This document shows positions 36,651-45,800 of a DNA stretch of 64,000 bases, in pieces. The stretch comes from Rebecca billardiae RCC1528. Taxonomy: Eukaryota > Protista > Haptophyta. Location: positions 1,984,001 through 2,048,000 of the forward strand of contig OZ251226.1 of the NCBI GenBank assembly GCA_965240325.2, in the 5' to 3' direction. Made by a program: the position numbers and the translations under genes. Every line of letters starts with the position of its first letter. The stretch's first letter is position 1. Under the pieces are notes generated by a model. That model worked only from the letters and a program-made list of their open reading frames with translations. It had not been told where the DNA came from and ran no database searches.

Positions 36651-39600
36651 ATGTCCTCCAGCTCCCTCGACGGCGACGATCGCATCTCCGCGCATCCCAG
36701 CTCTACGCTCGAGCCCCGCCAAGACACCACCAACCGCGTCAATGCTTCCGCACACCGCGACAACGCGCCCACCGCCGATGGCGAGGCCAACAGCCACATC
36801 ACGGAGCGCGCCGCCGCGGCGGGCGGCCCGGAAGACGAACGCCACGTGCGCTTCGACGTTGCGCTCGTGTTCGCGCGCGCACACTCAAGCTCTTTCGAGG
36901 GCCACGCACCCAACGCGCCCTCGCGCGACGTGCTCGTCCGCCGGCTGCGCGCCATCGGCCTGGGCGTGCGCGAGCTGGCAGCCATCGATGCGCTGAACGA
37001 GCACAAGCACCTGTTGCTGATCGGCGCGACTGGCGCGTGGCTCGAGCTCGCGGCCGAGCGCGCAAGGCTGCGCCTCCGCCTCCGCGCGGAGTACGGCGGC
37101 GGCTACGCCGCCTTCACGCGCGAGCGCGCGCACATGTTCGTCCCGGCGCGCGCTGACGGCGGCGCGGCGTCCGCGCTGCTGCACTCTGCGCAGCGCGCCG
37201 CGCTTGTCGAGCGAGCCCTCGGCGCGCCGAGGCACGAGGAGGGCGCGGAGGTCGACCTGGCGGCGCTGCGGCGCGGCGGTGGCTTTGAGCGCCAGATGCG
37301 CCTCCACGACCCGCGCGAGCGCCGCGGCCTCGAGGCGCGCGTCGGAGAGGGCTCGCTGATCGGCGCAGATGCGCTGCCCGCGCGCCGCCTGCGTTCGTAC
37401 TTGGGCGCGGAGCAGAGCGAATATTTGGCGCTGCAGCACCGGATGTCCCGCGCGCTCTGGCTGCCGGCGAGCGTGGGCGTCCTGCTCGCCGCGCTCGAGG
37501 CGGGCGTGAGCGCCTCCGGCGCGGGCGTGCTCACCCCTCTGTACTCGCTGCTGCTGCTTCTCTGGGCCTCTGCGTTTGTCGAAGGCTGGCGGCGGCGCGA
37601 GGCGGCGCTCGCGGCGGAGGCGGAGGCGGCGGAGGGCGCGGAGGCCGAGCGCGGCGGCGGCACGCGCGCCGAGTTCGTCGGCGAGCTGCGCCGCGGGCTC
37701 ATCGCCCCAGCCACGCCCACCGCGCCCGGCGGCGGCGCGGTGGCGGACGGCGGCGCGCTGGCCTTTGCGCCCGTCGCCCTCTCGGAGCTGCCCAGCGGCA
37801 TGCTCGCGCCCGTCGTCGAGGTGGCGCCGGCGGGCGAGGCGTGGCGGCGCGCGGCAGGCTCCGCCGCGTTGGTCACGCTCGCGCTCGGCGCGACGTGCAC
37901 GTGCGCCCTCGCGCTGCTCGCGCTCCGCGTCGCGCTCACGCGCGCGGCGGGCGCAGCTGGCATGCTCGGCGGCGCCGCGCTCAACTCCGCTTACGTCGAG
38001 CTGGTCGAGCGACTGTTCGCGCGGGGCGCCGAGCGGCTGACGGCGTGGGAGAACCACCGGACGCACGCGACGCACCGCGCACACCTCATCGCGAAGCTCG
38101 TCGCCTTCTCCGCCGTGCACCGCTTCTTCGCCCTCTTCTACGTCGCGTTTGCGCGCGGCCGCGGCGCGCTGCTGCCTGGCTCGGGCGCGGACGCGGACGC
38201 GTGCGTGCATTGGAGCGCCGCGGGCGCGGCGGAGGGCGGGTGCATGGACGAGCTGCGCATGCAGGTGCTCGTGCTCACACTCGGCCGCTCGCTCGCCGCG
38301 CTTGCCATCGAGCGAGCCGCGCCACTCTGGGAGCGCCGCCGCGCGTGCGAGCGCGACGCGGCCGACGCGGCCCGGCGCGCGGGGCTCGAGCGGCGCGCAG
38401 CGTGCGAGCTCCGCCTGCGTGCGTCCGAGCCGGTCGACGGCGCGATGAACGCGCTCGCGTGCGACTTTGCGACGGTCGCGCTGTTCGCGACGGCGTTCCC
38501 GCTCGCGCCCGTCCTCGTCCTCGTGAACAACTTCAACTCGATGCGCGGCGCGATGCTCCGCTCGCTGCGGCTGCGCGCGCGCCCGTCCGCCGCCGCCGCG
38601 GACGAGGCCGCCGCGCGCGCCGGCGCAAGCACCTGGAGCCATGTCTTGAGCTCCATCAGCTACCTCGCGGTGGTGACGAACTTTGCGATCCTCGCGTTCA
38701 CCTCGCGGCACCTCGACGCCGTGGTCGCGCTGAGCGACAGCGCCAAGCTCATCCTGCTCATCGTGATCGAGCACGCCGTGCTGCTGGCGAAGGCGGCGGT
38801 GGCGCACGCGCTCCCCAGGCTGCGGCCGGCGCTCGCGGCCGCGATTGCCAAGCGGCAGTGGCTGGCGCGCGCGTGGGCGGAGGACGAGCGGCCGGCGTAC
38901 GCGAGCGTGTCGGGCTGGGTGGAGGAGGACGCGGCGCTGCGCGCCGAGGGCATCGACCTCGACCTCGGCGCGGACGCAGACGGCTCGGACGGCTCGCAGG
39001 CCGACTCTGCGGAGGCGGAGGATGAGGGGCGCGCCGCGGCCGGTGGGTCGTGCGGCGGCGGCGGCGGCGCCGCCGCGGCCTCGCTGCACGCGGAGCTGCT
39101 CGCGCCGCCGGACGCGCCGCCCGACGACGAGGAGCACCGCGAGGGCTGGACGCCGTTCAACGCCCTCGTCGCGCGCCGCGCGCCGCGGCAGTGCACGGAC
39201 GTGCTCTGCGTGCTGCTGCTTCTGCTCACGTTCGGAGCCCTGGTGACGCTCACGACGGTCGGGCATGTCGTCGGCCCACTGAGCGCGCTGAGCGCGGGGC
39301 GGGACACGCGCTTCGACCTGTGCGGCCACGCGCTGCCCGCGGCGCGGCTGGACGCGCGGCTGCTCGCGCGAGACGCGAGCACCCCGCCCGCCGCCCCCGT
39401 CGCCTCGGCGGGCGCCGACCGCACGGCCACGCCGCAGCTTTTCCTCGCAGACCCGGCGCGTCACGTGGGCGTGTGCGTGCGAGCGTGCCCGAGTCCCGCG
39501 CGCGCCGCGGACGGCTTCGAGCCGTCCGCGCTGGTGTGCACGCCCGAGTGCGAGGGTCTGGAGGGCGAGGCGCGCGCCGGTGCCCTCGGCACGTGCTGCT

Positions 39601-41987
39601 TCCCCGCCTACGCCTCGACCGCCGTCAACGGCTACTGCCGGCCGGACGACGGCGTGCGCGCCACCGACCTCGCGGCCGCGTGGGCGCGCGCGCCGCTGCC
39701 GGCTGGCGCCCGCCGCTCCTGGCCGTCGGACGTGGAGCTGGAGAGCGTGCGCGAGCTGACGGCGTCGGCGGGCAAGGGCGTGGGCGACGCGTTCGCCGAC
39801 CTCGCGCGCACCTGGCGGCTGCTCGTCGGCTGCGGCGTCGGCGCCTTTGTCCTCGGCGCCGCGCTGGCCGCGCGATTTGAGCGCGCGCCAGTGAGCACGG
39901 TCATCGCCGCGCTTGTGCTGGCCATTGTGGGCGGCGCGGTGGTGACGGGCGCGCTGTGGGCGGCGGGCGAGCGCGAGATGCGCGAGCACTACGCCGAGCC
40001 GGACTCGCCCGCGTACCGCAACGCGCACTCCGTCGCGGTCTTCGGCTACATGGCCTGCGTCGCGACGGCGGTGGGCACCTTCGCTTCCTTCTTCGCCTCG
40101 TCGACCGTGGTCGTGCGGATTGGGCACGCGACCGCCGAGGTGCGCGAGGCGCTGGGCGCGGTGCCCGCGCTGCACGCGCTGCCCGCGCTCGGCGCGCTGG
40201 GCACGCTGTGCGTGCTGCTCTGGTGGTTCTTCACCGCCGCGCACCTCGCCGCGTCCGGCGAGCTCCACCTCGCCGCCGGCACTGGATTCCCCCTGCCCAC
40301 GTTTGATTCCGCGCTGATGCGGCTGCTCGCTGCGCACGCGCTCGCCGGCCTCCTGCTGCTCTCGCTCGTGCAGCACGTGCTGCGCATGGCGGCGGCGGCG
40401 GTCGCGGCGTCGTGGTACTTCCGGCGCAGCCTTCCCACCGCCGCGCCCGCAGCCGGCGGCGCCAAGCGCGGCGCGGCCGGCGAGGCGGCCGACGGCTCTG
40501 CCGAGCGCGACGACGACGAAGACAGCGCGCTGGCGCTGCCTCCGGAGCCGACCGCACGCGCGGCGCTCTGGTTCGTTTGCCGGTACCACCTCGGCTCGGC
40601 GGTGTACGGCGCGCTCGTGCTACCGCTCACGCGGCCGATTCGCGCCGTCGCGTGGCTCTTCCGACCGTGCCGCCTCGGCGCGACCCCCAGCGCCGAGCGC
40701 GGCGAGCCGGACCCGCTGAGCGCGTGCTGCGGCACGTCCGGCGCTGCCGACGCTCTGTTTGCACTCAGCGCGGACGCGTACGCCGTGGTCGTCGCCGCCG
40801 ACCTGCCGCTGCTCACGTCGGCGCTGGCGACGTGGCGGCACCAGCTGCGCCAGCCGAACACGTGCGCCGCGCACACGCAGCAGGCTGCAGACGTGTGCTT
40901 CTTCGCTCTCAAGCTCGCCGGCGGCGCGATCGCGTCAGCCGTCGCGGCTGCGGTCCTGACCAGCGCCACTGTGGGCATGGGCCAGCAGCTGGGCGCGTCC
41001 CTGCTCTGGCCGATCGCCATCGCCTTCGTGCTCGGGTGCGCGCAGCCCGCCGCATCGCCCCTCCACCCCGCCCAAGCACGCACGCAAGCCCCGCTTCGGT
41101 GCGCCTGCACTCACCGCGGCCGCGCCCACACCGCGCGCCTCCGCCCTCCGTCCATCCGCCACCCTCGGCCCGAGCGCAGATACCTGGCCGTCTCCCAGTT
41201 TGTGCTCGTGCACGAGGCGGTGCTGTCGGCGCTGACGGCGTGCTACATGCTCGACGTGCTGCACAACTCGGCGCACGCGCTGCACGCCTCGGCCAACATG
41301 CGTCACATCTTCACGCCCGGACGGCGCCCGGGCTGGATGGCACCGGCACCGGCGCGCGGCGGTCTGCAGGGCAGGCCCGCGGCCGCGGGCTGGCCCCTGG
41401 CCGGCCGGTCCGCCAAGCCTGGGGCCCCGCCCGAGGCCGGTCTCGCAGAGTCGGCAGCCGCGACTACTCTCGAGCGCGACGCCTCCGCCGCTGGCGCCAG
41501 CTCCCTCGCCTCCGCAGCGTCGGCCGTGTCCGCAGGCTACCCGCGCGAGCCCACGCCACCGTCGCCGCCGCCCTCGCTCGAGCCGCCCGCGGCCTCCCTC
41601 TTGAAGGGGCGGCTCTTCTCGGCAGAGCCCGAGCGGCGGCCCGAGCCGGAGGAGCCTGCCCATGCCGCGGGCGCAGCACGCCCTGCCGAGCCACCCTTCG
41701 CCCCGCCCCAGGAGTACCCCGCCGCCTCCCTCGCGCACCACGCCGGGCCGTACGGTCAGCAGGCCTCCTCTGGCGCTGAGCAGCACGCTGGCAGCGAACC
41801 GGCCGCAGCCGCAAGCCTCCGAGGAGCGGAGTTTTACCCGCCACCGCAGTCTCGACGACACCACGCGCAACGACAGCAGCCACCGCGCTTGTCGCCCGCG
41901 CGGGGTGACGACTGGCAGGGCGACCAGGGCGTGCCTTCTCCGCCTGCTGTCGTCGCAGAGTCCTCCACGTCTTCGTTCTATCTCTGA
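36651..41987 (+). CDS. Anoctamin (TMEM16)-like domain fused to a choline transporter-like (CTL/SLC44) domain, ~1730 aa; probable in-frame intron 41036-41179
   Basis: TMEM16 motifs: LRSYLGAEQSEYLA, LTAWENHRT..LIAKLVAF, FFALFYVAF, CMDELRMQV, LFATAFPLAPVLVLVNN, WSHVL..ISYLAVVTNFAILAFTS. CTL motifs: RQCTDVLCVLL, GRDTRFDLCG, VCVRACP, RYHLGSAVYGALV, DAYAVVV, FVLVHEAVLSALTACYMLD. Single open frame. Start could be further upstream (36453). Confidence 0.85.
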   Translation: MSSSSLDGDDRISAHPSSTLEPRQDTTNRVNASAHRDNAPTADGEANSHITERAAAAGGPEDERHVRFDVALVFARAHSSSFEGHAPNAPSRDVLVRRLRAIGLGVRELAAIDALNEHKHLLLIGATGAWLELAAERARLRLRLRAEYGGGYAAFTRERAHMFVPARADGGAASALLHSAQRAALVERALGAPRHEEGAEVDLAALRRGGGFERQMRLHDPRERRGLEARVGEGSLIGADALPARRLRSYLGAEQSEYLALQHRMSRALWLPASVGVLLAALEAGVSASGAGVLTPLYSLLLLLWASAFVEGWRRREAALAAEAEAAEGAEAERGGGTRAEFVGELRRGLIAPATPTAPGGGAVADGGALAFAPVALSELPSGMLAPVVEVAPAGEAWRRAAGSAALVTLALGATCTCALALLALRVALTRAAGAAGMLGGAALNSAYVELVERLFARGAERLTAWENHRTHATHRAHLIAKLVAFSAVHRFFALFYVAFARGRGALLPGSGADADACVHWSAAGAAEGGCMDELRMQVLVLTLGRSLAALAIERAAPLWERRRACERDAADAARRAGLERRAACELRLRASEPVDGAMNALACDFATVALFATAFPLAPVLVLVNNFNSMRGAMLRSLRLRARPSAAAADEAAARAGASTWSHVLSSISYLAVVTNFAILAFTSRHLDAVVALSDSAKLILLIVIEHAVLLAKAAVAHALPRLRPALAAAIAKRQWLARAWAEDERPAYASVSGWVEEDAALRAEGIDLDLGADADGSDGSQADSAEAEDEGRAAAGGSCGGGGGAAAASLHAELLAPPDAPPDDEEHREGWTPFNALVARRAPRQCTDVLCVLLLLLTFGALVTLTTVGHVVGPLSALSAGRDTRFDLCGHALPAARLDARLLARDASTPPAAPVASAGADRTATPQLFLADPARHVGVCVRACPSPARAADGFEPSALVCTPECEGLEGEARAGALGTCCFPAYASTAVNGYCRPDDGVRATDLAAAWARAPLPAGARRSWPSDVELESVRELTASAGKGVGDAFADLARTWRLLVGCGVGAFVLGAALAARFERAPVSTVIAALVLAIVGGAVVTGALWAAGEREMREHYAEPDSPAYRNAHSVAVFGYMACVATAVGTFASFFASSTVVVRIGHATAEVREALGAVPALHALPALGALGTLCVLLWWFFTAAHLAASGELHLAAGTGFPLPTFDSALMRLLAAHALAGLLLLSLVQHVLRMAAAAVAASWYFRRSLPTAAPAAGGAKRGAAGEAADGSAERDDDEDSALALPPEPTARAALWFVCRYHLGSAVYGALVLPLTRPIRAVAWLFRPCRLGATPSAERGEPDPLSACCGTSGAADALFALSADAYAVVVAADLPLLTSALATWRHQLRQPNTCAAHTQQAADVCFFALKLAGGAIASAVAAAVLTSATVGMGQQLGASLLWPIAIAFVLGCAQPAASPLHPAQARTQAPLRCACTHRGRAHTARLRPPSIRHPRPERRYLAVSQFVLVHEAVLSALTACYMLDVLHNSAHALHASANMRHIFTPGRRPGWMAPAPARGGLQGRPAAAGWPLAGRSAKPGAPPEAGLAESAAATTLERDASAAGASSLASAASAVSAGYPREPTPPSPPPSLEPPAASLLKGRLFSAEPERRPEPEEPAHAAGAARPAEPPFAPPQEYPAASLAHHAGPYGQQASSGAEQHAGSEPAAAASLRGAEFYPPPQSRRHHAQRQQPPRLSPARGDDWQGDQGVPSPPAVVAESSTSSFYL

Positions 41988-42895
41988 CCGTGTACGTCGG
42001 GGTGACAGGCGATGTCGTGATGTGTATCCATATACTAGTGATATAGCGTCGTCAACCGCTGACGTGTAAAGACACCGCGCCACTGTCGTTACTGCTAGCT
42101 ACTGCTCAGATCAGGGACGAGCGCGTTGGCACCGGAAGGCAGCTGCGAAAGACGCCGCGGGCCGCGCGTCACAGCTGAATCACCAGAATGGCGCAGCAGC
42201 TGCGAATCGAGCTCGGCTGGCTCGCCAAGCAGCCGGTGCGCGTGAAACGCCGAGATCGAATCTAACGAGTCGGTAGCTTTGACGAGCCTCCTTAGTGAGC
42301 GGATATACTGTCATACTGCAGCTTTGTCGCCTGGCTGCAGCAGACGAGTCGCGTAGATGAAAGCCAATAAATAAGCCAATCGATGACGGATGAGCTGCAT
42401 GGAATATTGCTGGACGACCGAGGTCGTAGTCATTGATGAATCATATACACGCTAGTAGCTGCTTGTATGCGATGCTTATTGATGGCGGAGATGGTGAGCG
42501 CTCTGTGGTGATTGCTCCGTTGCCAGCGAAATGATCGATGGCGCGGATTAATTTGCATAGCGCATGTGTCCGCCATGATGCTGTAGGCGCAAACAGTCAT
42601 ATAGTACTTATAGCGCGCGCTTCACCAGAGACGTCAGACGACCGGTCGACCGATTGTCTCATCGTCAGCACGAACGACTACGCGTACCTTCGTCTGCTGT
42701 AGTCATACTCCGCAGCGCAGGATAGCTAGAACATCGTCGTCCTGATTATACACAACAGCAGTCGACGGCCACTGCCGAAAGCAGGCGCAGTTCGCCTCAC
42801 AGGAGTTATTTGCAGCCGACGGGCGGGACGGGCCGCCATCTGCGCCATGCGGAAGAGAATAAGCAGCGCAGTGGCAGGGGCCACGCTCGCCACTG

Positions 42896-45800
42896 TCACA
42901 TCAGGCGGCGAAGCGCAGCCCCACCCCGGAGCCTGACGGTGGAGATGGCGACCGCTCCAACGCCAAAGCAGAGGAGCGCCACGCTGAGGCGGCGACCGGC
43001 TGCTGCACCCATCCCCGTGCTCACTCGCGCGCCCCCGTCGGCCCCCGCGGCCGCGGCCGCGCTGCTGCTGGCCTGCAGCTGCGCTGCCCCGTGCGCTTGG
43101 ACCCACTGGTCGGCGCACGATCGCATCCCGCCCAGGTCCGCGTCGTAGCACAGCGCCTCGCGCGGCACGCAGCAGCGCGCGCCCGTCCACACGAAGTTGG
43201 CCGGACAGAAGGCGTCCGCGGCGCCGCCGTCGCACACCGCGTCGAGCACGCAGCAGCGCGGCGGCGTGATGTCGCCCGTGCGCGAGTCGACCTGCGCCGC
43301 CCAGAGCGCCCTCTCGCTGCGCTCGCACGCGCGCTGCTCTCCGGGCACGCAGCTGAGCGCGGTGGCGTTGCAGCAGCGGCGCGTGGCGCTGCTCCACTCG
43401 AGCGGGGGCGAGCGGGAGCCGCGGGCGAACCGGCGGCAGGCGCGCTGGCTGAGCGCGACGCACACGCTCCGCGGCGGCGAGGGCGGCGGCAGCGGCGCGG
43501 CGGGCGCCGCGGGCACGTGCCCCGCCAGCGGGCGCGTGCGCTGCGCCTCGAGCTCCGCGGCGCGCTCCGCCTGCTGCCGTCGCCACGCCTCTGCGGCTGC
43601 CCGGAGCGAATCGAGCGACGTGTGCGCCGCGCCCCCTGTCGGCCCGGGGGCCGGGCTGGGGCCCGAAGGCGGCGAGGGCGAGGGCGAGGGCGAGTGCGGC
43701 GGGGGAGATGGCGACGGAGGCGGCGGCGAGGGCGAGGGCGGCGGCGGCTTGGGAGGCGGCGGCGAGGGCGGCGGCGAGGGTGAGGGCGGCGGAGGCGGCG
43801 GCGAGGGCGGCGGCGAGGGCGAGGGCGGCGGCGGCGAGGGCGAGGGCGGCGGCGGCGAGGGCGGCGGCGAGGGCGAGGGCGGCGGCGGCTGTGGCGAAGG
43901 CACCCGCTGCCGGCGATGGCGGCCGCCGGGCTGCGGCGCCGGCGCTTCGGGCTCCGACCCGCGCGTGGTGGACACAGCAGCCGGCTTGGGCAAGGCCGGG
44001 GCAGCCAGCGCTGGCGACCGCGACCGCGGCGCGCTGGCGTGCGCGCTCGGCCCCGAGCCGCCCGAAGCGGCGGGCGACGCGGCCGCGGGCAGCGCGTCCG
44101 GGTCCGGCAGCGTGCAGCACAGGAATCCGGTCCACACCGTGCGCGTGCCGCCGCGCAAAGCCATCGCGCTGCGGGCGGCGCATGACTGGCGCGGCATCGC
44201 TGCGCACAGCGTGCCAGCGCGGAAGCAGCAGCCGTTGGCGGTGTCTGCGTCGGCCCCGACGGGCAGCCCCGCCCAGATGGCCACGTCCAGCGGGCAGAGC
44301 TCCTCGATGCCTGGCGCGCACACCACGGGCTCGACGGTGCAGCAGCCATGCTGCGCCGTCCACTCGAGGCGCTCGTCGCGGCGGCACTGCGGCCGACGCA
44401 ACGGCAGTTGGCACGCTGGCTCGGCGTTCGCGCCCACCGCGGCGCTGAAGTGCGGGAGCGCGGGCGGCGCCGGGCTCGGCGACGATGGCGGCGGCGGCGG
44501 CGGCGACGGTCGCGGTGGCGGCGCGGGCGGCGGCGAGCGCGCGCGCGACGCCCGCGCCACCGCCAGCAGCTGAGCGGGCAGCTGGCAGCACGCACCGCCC
44601 GTCCAAACGGAGTCGCGGCCGTGCGCGCACGCGGCTGCCGGGTCCTCTGGCGGGCTTGGCGGCGGGGCAGAGTGGCGGCTACGGCCGAGGAGCGCGGGCA
44701 GGTGGAAGCTGTCGTCGCCGGCGGCGTCGGCGGCGATGGCCGCGGCGATGTCCTCCGGGGTGGGGAGGACAGCGCCACCGCCGCCGCCAGCCGCTGCAGC
44801 GGCGCCGCCACCGCCGCCACCGCCGCCGCCGCCGCCGCCGCTGCCGTCGCCGGTGCCCGCGTCGCCCTCGCCGCCGCCGCCCGCCGTCCCCGCGTCGTCC
44901 CCGCCAGCGCGCGCGGCAGCATCGTCCGCGCCCGTCGGCGCGCCGCCCGCGGACGCGCCGCCCGCCACCGTGCACTTCGCGCCCGGCGGCAGGCAGCAGC
45001 CGGAGCCGCCGGCTCGCTCCGCGCCGGTCCACCACAGCGGCGCGATCTGGTCGCCGCTGCCGGCGCGCGCGCCCATGCAGTGCAGGAGGTCGCCGGGGAC
45101 GCACTCTTTGGGCCACAGGGCCGGGTCCGCGGCCGAGGGCTCCGGCGTCGCGCCCTCCACCGCCGCCGCGCGCGCGGCCGCCAGCGGGGACGCGCAGCAC
45201 GCCGCGCCCGTGTACACGAGCCCTGCGCTCAGCCGACAGTCTGTGCCTGGGGCGACGGCGACGCAGCCGCCGGTCGGAGCGCCGCGCACGCAGCACTGCT
45301 CCTTGGCGTAGTCCCAGCGGGCGAGGCCGAGCGCCATGGCGTGCGAGCACATCTCCGCCGCGCCCGGCGCGCACACCTCCTCCTCCGCCCGCGCGTGCTC
45401 GCAGCACACGCGGCCGGTCCAGCCGCCGCTGACGCGGTCGCACTGCTCACGCGAGAGCGCGCCCGCGGCAAAGTCCGGCCCGACGAGTCCGGCCGCGCCG
45501 ACGCCGCAGTAGCCGCCGAAGGGCAGGCAGCACTGCGTGCCGGTGAAGACGCCGTCGGCCGCCGCGCACGCCGCCGCCTCGCCCTCGGCGCACACCACGT
45601 TCTCCCGCGCGTCCTTGGCCACGCAGCACCGGACCCCGGTCCACCAGGACTCGCAGCCGAGCGCGGTGCCGCGCGCGCACACCACCTCCGCCTCCGCGCG
45701 GCCGAGCGCGCAGCAGTAGCCCGCGCCGACGGAGGGCGCGTAGCCCGTGTAGTGCACGCCTGCGCCGAGGCCGCGGCCGCTGCACGCCCCCTGCGTGCCG

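Noticed and set aside
36885-40589. 1234-aa minus-strand ORF
   Set aside because: Antisense shadow of the TMEM16-CTL gene.
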